A DNA stretch of 32,000 nucleotides from Cupriavidus necator (GCF_016127575.1 NZ_CP066018.1:930001-962000), one strand, 5' to 3'. Positions 1 to 8,207 are shown, counted from the first letter of the stretch. Numbers and translations are program-made. The notes: generated by a model not told the origin, from the sequence alone.

Positions 1-392
1 TCCCGGGGCTGTTCGACCGCGACACGATGCTGGCCAGCCGCGACCTGTACGCCTTCGACAACGTCGTCACCGCGCCGCTGCACGGCTTTGTCGATACCGA
101 CGACTACTGGCGCCGCGCCGCCAGCAAACCCGTGCTGCGCGACATCACCGTGCCCACGCTGGTGCTCAATGCGCGCAACGATCCCTTCCTGCCGGCCCGG
201 CACCTGCCCGGCCCGGCCGACGCCAGCCCCCAGGTATGGCTGGAACAGCCCGAGCACGGCGGCCATGTCGGCTTCATGACCCCGCCCGAGGGCTGGCGCC
301 GGCACCTGCCCCTGCTGCCCGACGGGCGCTTCAGCGGCGACATCGAATGGTTGCCGGCACGGATCCTGAGATTTTTTGACGGCATGATGTGA
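1..392 (+). CDS. alpha/beta-fold hydrolase, YheT-like (C-terminal fragment; 5' end outside window)
   Basis: The reading frame is open to the window edge and stops at TGA 390-392. The tail (LVLNARNDPFLP...EQPEHGGHVGF) fits the Asp/His catalytic-region pattern of YheT-type abhydrolases. Third-codon positions are strongly G/C. Confidence 0.6.
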   Translation, partial: PGLFDRDTMLASRDLYAFDNVVTAPLHGFVDTDDYWRRAASKPVLRDITVPTLVLNARNDPFLPARHLPGPADASPQVWLEQPEHGGHVGFMTPPEGWRRHLPLLPDGRFSGDIEWLPARILRFFDGMM

Positions 393-432
393 GGCGGGCG
401 CAGTCCCCCCACGGCCCGCCGAGGAGACGGAC

Positions 433-1023
433 ATGGACGAGATCGTCAGGCAAGCCATGGCACGCTGGCCCAACGTGCCCAACGCCTACGGCTGGCTGGC
501 ACTGGACCGCCGCGGCCAGTGGCGCCTGCGCAATGAGTACGCCCAGCAGCACGGGCTGTCGGGCGACCCCATCCGCCATGAAGCGCTGATCGGCTTTATC
601 GAACGCAACTACCTGTGCGACGAGCGCGGCGCCTGGTACTTCCAGAACGGCCCGCAGCGGGTGTTCGTTTCGCTGGGCTATGCGCCGTGGGTGGTGCGGC
701 TGCATGAAGGCGCGCTGCGCACGACCACGCAGCAGGCCTTCACGCTGCAGGCCTGCTACGCCGACGAGCACGGCAACGTGGTGCTGGCCGGCACGGTCGA
801 GGGCATGGCGCAAGGCAGCCCGCCGGCACAGCAGGCCGCCCTGCTGCACGACCACGACCTGGAACTGTTCAGCGGCGCCAGCACCTGGCATGGCGAAGCC
901 TGCGGCACTGACCTGGGCGTATTCCACCACGATGGCCGCGACATCCCGATCGAGCCGGTTGCCGAGAGCGAGGTGCCCAGGCGCTTTGGCTTCGTGCGCC
1001 AGCCGGCGCCGCCGGCTGGCTGA
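433..1023 (+). CDS. conserved hypothetical protein (possibly DUF1285-like; family assignment from memory only)
   Basis: ATG at 433 is preceded by GAGGAG (421-426) at 6-nt spacing. The 196-aa ORF has high GC3. I recognise no catalytic motif. Confidence 0.6.
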   Translation: MDEIVRQAMARWPNVPNAYGWLALDRRGQWRLRNEYAQQHGLSGDPIRHEALIGFIERNYLCDERGAWYFQNGPQRVFVSLGYAPWVVRLHEGALRTTTQQAFTLQACYADEHGNVVLAGTVEGMAQGSPPAQQAALLHDHDLELFSGASTWHGEACGTDLGVFHHDGRDIPIEPVAESEVPRRFGFVRQPAPPAG

Positions 1024-1032
1024 ACGCCTGCC

Positions 1033-2871
1033 TCAGTTAGGCATGCCCTTGCTGTCCTGCTTGTCCTCGCGGTACTGGCGCTCCAGCTGGTGCAGGCGCG
1101 CATCGACCTCGGACAGCGTGTAGAAGTCGCCGTCGCCGGCCTTGCGCGCGATCTGCAACTGCTCGATCGCGGCCTGGTAGGCGCCGTCCATCGCATACTT
1201 CTCGGCCAGCGCCTGGTGCTGCTGCAAGCGCTTGCCCTGGCCCGCGTAGGCGCGCGCCAGCAGCTCCCACCATTCGCTGCGGCTGGTCTCCTGGCGCGTG
1301 CGTTCGCGCAGGAAGCGCACGGCCTCTTCATAGCGGCCTGAGCCGACCAGGGTATCGGCATAGGCAATCGCCACCGCATGCGACAGCGCGAACGCCTTCA
1401 TCGACGCGCTGGCCTGGGACAGCGCCTCGGGCACGCGGCCCTGCGCGCGCGCCAGTTCCACCGCCATCACGTCCAGCATGGGGCTGCCCGAGGAGGCACC
1501 GGGAATATTGCCGTAGAGACGTCGCGCCTCGGCCAGCTCCTGTTCGGCGGCCGGGTAGCGGCCCAGCCGCTGCTCGGTGAAGGCAAGGCCGTAGTGCAGC
1601 GCCGGAGCGCGCAGTGCCGTTGCTCCCGGCAGTTGCGTGCGCAGCGCCGCGCGCAGGTTCTGCAGGTCGCTGGGCGACGATTCCTGGATCACGCGGGCCC
1701 GCATCCGCGCAAACTCGTATTCAGGCGTGTTGGCGACCTTGCGCTTGCTGGCATGGCTGACGCGGTCCTGCATGTCGGCAATCCGCTCGGAGGTCAGCGG
1801 GTGAGTCCGCACATAAGACGGGACCGAATTTTCCGCGGTCCCCGATGCGCGCTGCAGCCGCATGAAGAAATCGGGCATGCCCTGCGGGTCAAACCCCGCC
1901 GCGGTCAGGATCTGGAAGCCGACCCGGTCGGCCTCGCGCTCGGCCCCGCGCGAGAACGACAGCTGGTTGGCGATGGCCGCGCCCTGCCCGCCCATGGCCA
2001 GCGCCGCCGCGGCGTCCGGGCTGCGCGTGGCGGCCAGGCCCGCCAGCACCATCGAGGCCAGCGCGATCCACATCGACTGGTCCTGCGAGGTGATGCCACG
2101 CGCGATATGCCGCTGCATCACGTGGCCGATTTCATGGCCCAGCACCGAGGCCAGTTCCGATTCCGTATCGGACTGCACCAGCAGCCCGGTATGCACGCCG
2201 ATATAGCCGCCCGGCAGCGCAAACGCGTTGATGCTGCGGTCACGCACCGCGAACAGGTCAAAGCCGGTGGCAAAGGTGCCCGCACCGGTCGAGCCGGAGA
2301 TATTCTGGCGCCGCGCCGCCTGCACCAGCCGGTAGCCCAGCGCGTTCAGGTAATCGGACAGCAGCGGATCCGGCACGTACAGCGGGTCGCGCCGGATATC
2401 GCGCATGATGCGGTCGCCCAGGCGCTTTTCCATGTCGGGCGACAGCGACGCCGTGGACGGGTCGCCCAGGTCCGGCAGCTGCACGCCGCCGGCCTCCACC
2501 ACCGCGTTGTTGGTGCGCAGGCCGAACTCGGACTTCTGGCCCGCCTTCACGCTGCGGTTCAGGTTGTCATAGACCTGGTCGCTGGCCTCGCCCGAGATGG
2601 CGGGCACCGGCTGCGGGGGCCTGGCCGCGGGCGCAGCCGCCACCGGCGTGGCTGGCGCCGGGGCCGTGCGCGGCGTACCCTGGGGCCAGGCCGGCGCCGC
2701 GAACGTCAGCGCCAGCAGCGCCGCCAGCGGCCGCCGCCATGGCGTCCATGCGCCGCCAGCGCGGCAATGGCCGGCGCCTGCGCGATGTGACGCGGAGCCG
2801 GCGGGAACAGCGTCCGCCACGGCGCCGGGGCCGCGTGCGGCAGACCTGCGAAGCGATGGGTGTTTTGGCAT
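1033..2871 (-). CDS. bepA: periplasmic M48 zinc metalloprotease with C-terminal TPR region (BepA/YfgC-like)
   Basis: It has the HEIGHVMQRH zincin motif, INAFALPGGYIGVHTGLL, a TPR-like C-terminal half and a hydrophobic signal (LAALLALTFAAPAWP). I trimmed the start from the 3039 ORF start to ATG 2871, because 2872-3039 overlaps the divergent moaC. The first ~45 codons have lower GC3, so the true start may be later (GTG 2820). Confidence 0.8.
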   Translation of the reverse strand: MPKHPSLRRSAARGPGAVADAVPAGSASHRAGAGHCRAGGAWTPWRRPLAALLALTFAAPAWPQGTPRTAPAPATPVAAAPAARPPQPVPAISGEASDQVYDNLNRSVKAGQKSEFGLRTNNAVVEAGGVQLPDLGDPSTASLSPDMEKRLGDRIMRDIRRDPLYVPDPLLSDYLNALGYRLVQAARRQNISGSTGAGTFATGFDLFAVRDRSINAFALPGGYIGVHTGLLVQSDTESELASVLGHEIGHVMQRHIARGITSQDQSMWIALASMVLAGLAATRSPDAAAALAMGGQGAAIANQLSFSRGAEREADRVGFQILTAAGFDPQGMPDFFMRLQRASGTAENSVPSYVRTHPLTSERIADMQDRVSHASKRKVANTPEYEFARMRARVIQESSPSDLQNLRAALRTQLPGATALRAPALHYGLAFTEQRLGRYPAAEQELAEARRLYGNIPGASSGSPMLDVMAVELARAQGRVPEALSQASASMKAFALSHAVAIAYADTLVGSGRYEEAVRFLRERTRQETSRSEWWELLARAYAGQGKRLQQHQALAEKYAMDGAYQAAIEQLQIARKAGDGDFYTLSEVDARLHQLERQYREDKQDSKGMPN

Positions 2872-2968
2872 GTTGCTATGATAGCGGCCTCCCGTGGCCG
2901 TTCCCATCGGATGCTTCCCAGGGACGCCGGCGGCCACCAGCACGCAGTTCGCACTGAAGCTCTCGATC

Positions 2969-3448
2969 ATGACCCAGCTCACCCATTTCGATACCGCCGG
3001 ACAAGCCCACATGGTCGACGTCGGCGACAAGGCCAGCACTCACCGCGTCGCCGTGGCCACCGGCACCATCACCATGCAGCCAGCCACCTTCACGCTGGTG
3101 CGCGACGGCAGCGCCAAGAAAGGCGACGTGATCGGCATCGCCCGCGTGGCGGCGATCATGGCCACCAAGCGCACCGCCGACCTGATCCCGCTATGCCACC
3201 CGATCGGCCTGACCAAGGTGGCGGTCGAGTTCGCATTGGACGAGGCCACCGCCACTGTCGCCTGCACCGTGCGCACCGAAACCCGCGGCCAGACCGGCGT
3301 GGAGATGGAAGCACTGACCGGCGTGCAGGTGGCGCTGCTGACGATCTACGACATGTGCAAGGCGGTGGACCGCGGCATGGTGATCGGCAATGTGAAGTTG
3401 CTGGAAAAGCATGGGGGCAAGTCGGGGGATTGGGTGGCGGCCGGCTGA
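2969..3448 (+). CDS. moaC: cyclic pyranopterin monophosphate synthase accessory protein MoaC
   Basis: [21 protein letters not shown]...KKGDV...LIPLCHP...TGVEMEALT...YDMCKA is a typical MoaC sequence. I chose ATG 2969, which gives the canonical ~159 aa. Confidence 0.9.
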   Translation: MTQLTHFDTAGQAHMVDVGDKASTHRVAVATGTITMQPATFTLVRDGSAKKGDVIGIARVAAIMATKRTADLIPLCHPIGLTKVAVEFALDEATATVACTVRTETRGQTGVEMEALTGVQVALLTIYDMCKAVDRGMVIGNVKLLEKHGGKSGDWVAAG

Positions 3449-3677
3449 CCTCCGCACGTGACGCCTGCAACACGCGCCGCGATGGGCAGTGTCATAATGT
3501 CTTACGCTAGGGTCGTTCCCCGGTAATAGAGGTAACGCCGCATTTCCAGCCGGGCCGCCGTGGCGCCGGCGCGGGACAATTTGGTATTCAATATGATTGC
3601 AGGCCCGCCGCTGGTTGCGGCCTGCTGACCCTGTCCGTGGCGTGCCATGCGGTGCGCGCGGGGATGAGGTGGATACC

Positions 3678-4112
3678 ATGAACGGGCGCATGCTCTGCCA
3701 GATCGCCCTGGCACTCGCGGCCACGGCCGCAAGCGGCGCCGCCCTCGCCGGGCGGGCCGATCTCCACGATGCCGCTTTGCACGATAGCGACGCACGCGGC
3801 GGCTTCATCAAGACGCGCACAAGCGTCGGCGTGGGCCTCTATTTCGGGCCCGGCGTGTTCTACGGCGGCTACCCGTATGGCTACCCCGCCCCGTACTACT
3901 ACCCGCCCGCCGTGGTCACCGCACCCGCGGCGCCGCCGCAGTACATCGAACAGGGACCGAACGGCCCCGTGCCGGTCCCCGGCCCGGACGGCGTAGCGCC
4001 GCAGCAGGGCTGGTGGTACCACTGCGACCAGCCCGAAGGCTACTACCCCTATGTGCAGGCCTGCCCCGGCGGCTGGCAGCGCATACCGGCACAGCCGCCG
4101 GCCAACTCCTGA
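3678..4112 (+). CDS. small exported Tyr/Pro/Gly-rich protein with a Cys-bracketed aromatic C-terminal motif (unknown function)
   Basis: ATG 3678 follows GAGGTGGA. The Sec-type signal is MNGRMLCQIALALAATAASGAALA|G. It contains the low-complexity block GLYFGPGVFYGGYPYGYPAPYYYPP and the motif WWYHCDQPEGYYPYVQACPGGWQRIP. GC3 is high. Confidence 0.6.
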   Translation: MNGRMLCQIALALAATAASGAALAGRADLHDAALHDSDARGGFIKTRTSVGVGLYFGPGVFYGGYPYGYPAPYYYPPAVVTAPAAPPQYIEQGPNGPVPVPGPDGVAPQQGWWYHCDQPEGYYPYVQACPGGWQRIPAQPPANS

Positions 4113-4126
4113 TGCGGGGTGACACC

Positions 4127-4642
4127 ATGCATGCCCTGACCCGCGCCACGCTGGCCGTGGCCACCCTGACCCTCGGCGCCTGCGCCGTGATGCCTGCCGG
4201 CCCCAGCGTGATGGTGCTGCCAGGCACCGGCAAGAGCTTCGACCAGTTCCGCGCCGACGACTACAACTGCCGCCAGTTCGCCTTCGGGCGGGTGGGCGGT
4301 GTCTCATCCTCGCAGGCCGCCAACAATGCCGCCGTCGGCAGCGCCGTGGTCGGCACCGCGCTGGGCGCAGCGGCGGGCGCGGCGTTCAATGGCGGATCGG
4401 GTGCGGCGGTGGGTGCGGGCGTCGGCCTGCTGACTGGCGCGGCGGTCGGCGCGGGCAATGCCCAGTACGCCGGCTACGGCACGCAACAGCAATACGATGC
4501 CGCCTACGTTCAGTGCATGTACGCCAGCGGCAACCGCGTGCCGGCCCCCGGACGCGTCGCCGCTGCGCCGCCGTCACCACGGTACTACTACTATCCGCCG
4601 CCTCCGCCACCGGTCTATTACAGCCCGTATCCGTACTACTAG
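4127..4642 (+). CDS. glycine-zipper lipoprotein with Tyr/Pro tail
   Basis: It has a lipobox (LTLGAC) after MHALTRATLAVAT. A conserved-looking GPSVMVLPGTGKSFDQFRADDYNCRQFA head is followed by a Gly/Ala zipper (GSAVVGTALGAAAGAAFNGGSGAAVGAGVGLLTGAAVGAG), then QQQYDAAYVQCMYASGNRVP. The alternative start ATG 4112 overlaps the upstream stop. Confidence 0.7.
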   Translation: MHALTRATLAVATLTLGACAVMPAGPSVMVLPGTGKSFDQFRADDYNCRQFAFGRVGGVSSSQAANNAAVGSAVVGTALGAAAGAAFNGGSGAAVGAGVGLLTGAAVGAGNAQYAGYGTQQQYDAAYVQCMYASGNRVPAPGRVAAAPPSPRYYYYPPPPPPVYYSPYPYY

Positions 4643-4643
4643 G

Positions 4644-6443
4644 TCAGTCCCGGCGCCATTCGGAATACCGACGCGAACGGTCGCCGACCCATGCGCAGAA
4701 TACCTGCGGGCGTTCGTCTGGCGTCAGGTCGCGGCAGGCCTTCGCAATCTCGGCGTATTGCGCGACTTCATCGCCAAGGTAGTACCAGCGCAGCCGTTCC
4801 ATCCACTGGCGGCCTTGCGCAGGATCGCCGGTCAGCGCCAGCAGCCATGCGGTGCGCGCGATCATGGTCGGCGTAGGCAGCAGGTGGACGGCGGCGATGT
4901 GGGCGGGCAACAACTCTGCCGCATTGGCCGGCGTAATGGTGGCCAGGCCGGCAGCGTCGGCCTGCGCGTGCTGGCGGAACCAGAAGCGCGGCATCGGCAA
5001 GGCGTTGCGGCCTTCGCTGCTGGCGTATTCGCGGGCTTCGGCGCGGCGGTAGTCTTGCCACATGGTGGCCAGCACGGCCACAGCCACCACGACAAACGCG
5101 AGCGCCAGCCCACGTGCCACTGGCATCGGCACGCGCCAACGCCCGAAACCCGACGGCTCCAGCCAACCGAGCATGAAGCAGAACGGCAGGAAGAAATAGA
5201 GATAATGCAGCGGGTATTCGAGCATCGAATGCGCGCACAGCATCGCCAGCCAGGTGAGAACCAGCACGGTCTGCTTGCGCTCTTCGCTATCGCCGTGCCA
5301 CAAGCGAACGCGAATCACGCGCCATAGCCACGCCAGCAGGATCAGGCCTACGCCGGCGGTACCGACGATGCCCGTCTTTGCCAGCAGGTCGAGGATGGCG
5401 TTGTGGGCGTGCAGGGACATCTCCACCTTCACGCCGACTTGCTGCAACTGCTGGAATTGCGCCCAGCCGAACTCGCCCCAGCCGACGCCGAACCACGGGT
5501 GGGAGCGGAAAATTGCCAGCGCGTGGGTCCACAGTGCGCCGCGTGCGGACAGCTGGTCTTCGGCTTCGAGTTGGGCGATGGTGTCGAACAGGCGCCAGTC
5601 GAAGGCTTGCCCTGCGGCGCGGATTGCGGGCTGCAGGATCAGTAGCATCGCCAACATTGCAACTGCAGCGACGATCAGCCCGACCGGACGTTGCATAGGA
5701 TCCGAGTCACGTCGAGCGCCTCGCGCCAGCCACGCCGCGGCTAGCGCGTAGAAGGCAGCCAGGCCAACATGCAGCACGCCGGTGCGCGAACCGGACAGCA
5801 CGATGCCGCTTTCCAGCAAGGTTACAGCGGCCAGCCACATCGGAAATCGCAGGCGGCCCCGCGATGCCAGCCACACTGACGCCACCAGCGCCAGGCCTTC
5901 GACGGTGGCCTGGTGGTTGGGTTGGTTCAGGTTGCCCCACAGGCGGCGGTTGTTGTCGTAGAAATAGGTGGAGACGAGGCCGAAGGCACGCGGTTCGAGA
6001 TGGAACAGTTGCACCCATTGTGTGAGCGTGCCCAGCAGGCCGGCGATGAGGAAGGCCGTGGCGAGGGTGTCGCCGATATTCTGCACTGAGGCTGCGGTCG
6101 TGCCTCGGTAAGACCATGCGGTGCATGCCACCGTGGCGCCGAGGAACAGCGTGAGCACGGTGATGAGGCGGCTACCGGTCACGTCATGGTGCCCGGTAGC
6201 GCCCAATGCAAGACCGACGGCGACCAAGCAGAGAAACAGCAGTGATACCCACGGCAGCGACACGGCAGGCGATGCAGCGGGGCGGCGACCCGCATGGATC
6301 GCGAGGACGGCGATCACACAGAGTGCAGCTGTCCATTCGCCATAGAACGTCGCCAGCGGCAGCGTGTGCCGGGAGACTAGCAGCGGGACGGCGATTGCTG
6401 CGATGAGGGCGGCCGACGGTAGGAAGGGCCTGGAAGGCTGCAT
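4644..6443 (-). CDS. pglL: PglL/PilO-family O-oligosaccharyltransferase (O-antigen-ligase/Wzy_C fold with C-terminal TPR-like domain)
   Basis: The 599-aa polytopic membrane protein has the ligase-type loop (WFGVGWGEFGWAQF...SLHAHNAILDLLAKTG). It also has the extra C-terminal soluble domain typical of PglL-like enzymes. It lies immediately downstream of a type IV pilin gene. Confidence 0.7.
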   Translation of the reverse strand: MQPSRPFLPSAALIAAIAVPLLVSRHTLPLATFYGEWTAALCVIAVLAIHAGRRPAASPAVSLPWVSLLFLCLVAVGLALGATGHHDVTGSRLITVLTLFLGATVACTAWSYRGTTAASVQNIGDTLATAFLIAGLLGTLTQWVQLFHLEPRAFGLVSTYFYDNNRRLWGNLNQPNHQATVEGLALVASVWLASRGRLRFPMWLAAVTLLESGIVLSGSRTGVLHVGLAAFYALAAAWLARGARRDSDPMQRPVGLIVAAVAMLAMLLILQPAIRAAGQAFDWRLFDTIAQLEAEDQLSARGALWTHALAIFRSHPWFGVGWGEFGWAQFQQLQQVGVKVEMSLHAHNAILDLLAKTGIVGTAGVGLILLAWLWRVIRVRLWHGDSEERKQTVLVLTWLAMLCAHSMLEYPLHYLYFFLPFCFMLGWLEPSGFGRWRVPMPVARGLALAFVVVAVAVLATMWQDYRRAEAREYASSEGRNALPMPRFWFRQHAQADAAGLATITPANAAELLPAHIAAVHLLPTPTMIARTAWLLALTGDPAQGRQWMERLRWYYLGDEVAQYAEIAKACRDLTPDERPQVFCAWVGDRSRRYSEWRRD

Positions 6444-6495
6444 CGAGGCGCCTGTTTAGGGAAAAGGCGCATCATAGCTTGGGGGCCGGGCAAAG

Positions 6496-6519
6496 AAAAA
6501 GCGCCCAGAGGCGCTTTTT
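6496..6519 (-). terminator. bidirectional intrinsic-terminator hairpin between pilA and pglL
   Basis: The sequence is AAAAA-GCGCC-CAGA-GGCGC-TTTTT (stem 6501-6505/6510-6514). A U-tract is available on either strand. Confidence 0.55.
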
Positions 6520-6535
6520 CTCAGGCATTCCGTAC

Positions 6536-7030
6536 TTAGATGCCCGTCTGCGCACGCGTGCAAGTTGCGCCCGTAGTTACACCGGTCCAAACAATCGAGT
6601 TCGCATTGGCGGTACCGGTCAGAGTCACCACACATCCGTTTGCCAAGCCCAGGTTGTTTGCCGCTGCAGTCAGCTCAATGGTCGTTGTAGTAGCGGTGGG
6701 GGCCGTCGGCGCGCCAGCGCCAAACAGCAAGGTGACACCGGCCGGTGCGGGTACTGCCGGGTAACCGGTCGCAGCGGTGAGCTGAGCAAGAGTTCCGCAT
6801 GCGGTCAGGTTCCCACCCGAGACCTGCGCACATTGGGCGATCGCCTGCTTCAACGGTGCAATTTCCGTCAGCGGGCTCGACCACCGGCTACGCGTCACAT
6901 AATCCTGATACTGCGGAATCGCAATTGCCGCCAAAATACCAATGATCGCAACCACGATCATCAGTTCGATCAGCGTAAAGCCCTTCTGGACACGACGGCC
7001 CAGCTTCTTCAGTTGTTGTACCCGTTGCAT
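6536..7030 (-). CDS. pilA: type IVa major pilin
   Basis: The prepilin signature is [17 protein letters not shown]|[27 protein letters not shown]. There are two Cys pairs ([13 protein letters not shown] and GC...ATC, a D-region-like loop). GAGGGG precedes ATG 7030. The upstream 13 codons of the ORF-track call are rejected. Confidence 0.85.
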   Translation of the reverse strand: MQRVQQLKKLGRRVQKGFTLIELMIVVAIIGILAAIAIPQYQDYVTRSRWSSPLTEIAPLKQAIAQCAQVSGGNLTACGTLAQLTAATGYPAVPAPAGVTLLFGAGAPTAPTATTTTIELTAAANNLGLANGCVVTLTGTANANSIVWTGVTTGATCTRAQTGI

Positions 7031-7099
7031 GATTTGACCCCTCGAAGAGATTTTAGTTGAGCGTTGCACGTCTTCGGTTTCGTGACGCGGGGACTATTG

Positions 7100-7115
7100 A
7101 GCAGTAACCGTGCCA
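7100..7115 (-). promoter_or_regulatory. sigma54 (RpoN) -24/-12 promoter for pilA
   Basis: The minus strand reads TGGCACGgttaCTGCT, against the consensus TGGCACG-N4-TTGCW. The only deviation is C for T at the first -12 position. It lies ~70-85 nt upstream of the pilA ATG. Confidence 0.55.
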
Positions 7116-7143
7116 GCGGCATCCCCCATCGGTTGGGGGTGAA

Positions 7144-7235
7144 AAGCGACAAATTTCGTCACCCATCAGGGGGATGCATGCCGTATGCGCCAAAATTTGT
7201 CACTTGCGCTCGCTACCGCCGCGCGAAGCGACAAA
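7144..7235. promoter_or_regulatory. three copies of an AAGYGACAAAWTT box (candidate enhancer/UAS for the pilA sigma54 promoter)
   Basis: AAGCGACAAATTT occurs at 7144-7156 and AAGCGACAAAATG at 7226-7238, both on the plus strand. AAGTGACAAATTTT occurs as the reverse complement of 7192-7205. On the pilA-sense strand the boxes contain a TTTGTC core. Confidence 0.35.
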
Positions 7236-7300
7236 ATGTGCGATCACTCACATGAGTTAGTTGGCCAAGGCACCGACGGCCGCCTTGCGGCGCGCCAACG

Positions 7301-7327
7301 AAAAAGGGCGGCCAGCTGGCCGCCCTT
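7301..7327 (-). terminator. intrinsic terminator of terC
   Basis: A perfect 10-bp stem AAGGGCGGCC/GGCCGCCCTT with loop AGCT is followed on the minus strand by TTTTTCGTT. Confidence 0.7.
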
Positions 7328-7347
7328 CTCGCCTGGGCGAAATCTCG

Positions 7348-8043
7348 TCAGGCGGCCTGTGCCGACCGGCGGCTCAGCAGCTTGCCCATGATCACCACCA
7401 GGATCGCGCCGGCGGCGCCGAATACCAGGTGGGCGTGCGGCACGTGGACTTCGAACCAGGCGGCGTCGACCGGGTCGCTGACCAGCATCTCACCGGCCAG
7501 GTAGCCCAACAGCGCGGCACCCAGCACGATGATGACCGGGAAGCGCTCCATGACCTTGAGCAGCAGCGTGCTGCCGAACACGATCAGCGGGATCGACAGG
7601 CCCAGGCCGATGATCAGCAGCATCAGCTGGCTGCCCTCGGGGCCCTTCTGCGCGGCGGCGGCCACGGCCACCACGTTGTCGAGCGACATCACCAGGTCCG
7701 CGATCAGGATGGTGCGGATGGCGGCCCAGATATTGTCCTTGCCGTCGTGGCCTTCCTCATCGTCATCGCCGGTCAGCAGTTGCACGCCGATGTAGACCAG
7801 CAGCATGGCACCGACGATCTTCAGGTACGGCAGGCTCAGCAGCTTGACCGCGGCCACGGTCAGCACCACGCGCATGATGATGGCGGCGGCACTGCCCCAG
7901 AAGATGGCTTTCTTCTGCTGGGCGGGCGGCAGGTTGCGCGAGGCGAGCGCGATCACCACCGCGTTGTCGCCGGACAGGACGATATTGGTCAGGATGATCG
8001 ATCCCAACGCAATCCAGAATGTGGTGGAAGACAGCAGTTCCAC
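7348..8043 (-). CDS. TerC/Alx/YjbE-family integral membrane protein
   Basis: SGDNAVVIALA and LSLDNVVAVAAAA are the paired TerC-family motifs, and the protein is multi-pass hydrophobic. The GTG start at 8043 has GAGGAG 7-8 nt upstream. Confidence 0.85.
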   Translation of the reverse strand: MELLSSTTFWIALGSIILTNIVLSGDNAVVIALASRNLPPAQQKKAIFWGSAAAIIMRVVLTVAAVKLLSLPYLKIVGAMLLVYIGVQLLTGDDDEEGHDGKDNIWAAIRTILIADLVMSLDNVVAVAAAAQKGPEGSQLMLLIIGLGLSIPLIVFGSTLLLKVMERFPVIIVLGAALLGYLAGEMLVSDPVDAAWFEVHVPHAHLVFGAAGAILVVIMGKLLSRRSAQAA

Positions 8044-8207
8044 GGGAGGGCTCCTCGAATTTTATAGGTTGCACACCCGTCATCTGACGGGATTTCGGAT
8101 GTCTCGAAACACGGACATGACTGTTTACCGCACGAACCTTTCGATTAGATTTCAATCCTGTAATGTTTCGTGCCGGAAGCCACGCCGAATCCGTCCTCCA
8201 GAATGAC

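Noticed and set aside
2872-2968. A possible Moco riboswitch upstream of moaC.
   Set aside because: There are only 97 nt between divergent start codons, which is too short for the ~140-nt motif. I recognised no conserved Moco-motif segments. This is most likely just two back-to-back promoters.
3449-3677. A relatively AT-richer intergenic stretch after moaC (CATAATGTCTTACGCTAGGG..., GGTATTCAATATGATTGC) with an imperfect hairpin at ~3599-3626. It could hold an sRNA, a Fur-like box or a promoter.
   Set aside because: I could not assemble a convincing -35/-10 pair, terminator or operator consensus on either strand. It is probably the promoter/leader of the downstream small-protein pair. RNA-seq would be needed to say more.
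7031-7069. N-terminal extensions offered by the ORF track for pilA (to 7069), recA (to 13231), rhlE (to 26382), the CoA-transferase (to 22801), the ClC channel (from 26244), moaC (from 2894), M48 (to 3039), uspA (from 22943) and the response regulator (from 13200).
   Set aside because: The extensions have no homology-like sequence and often overlap divergent genes or promoters (for example the SOS box). Internal ATGs with Shine-Dalgarno sequences give proteins that begin exactly at the conserved family N-termini.
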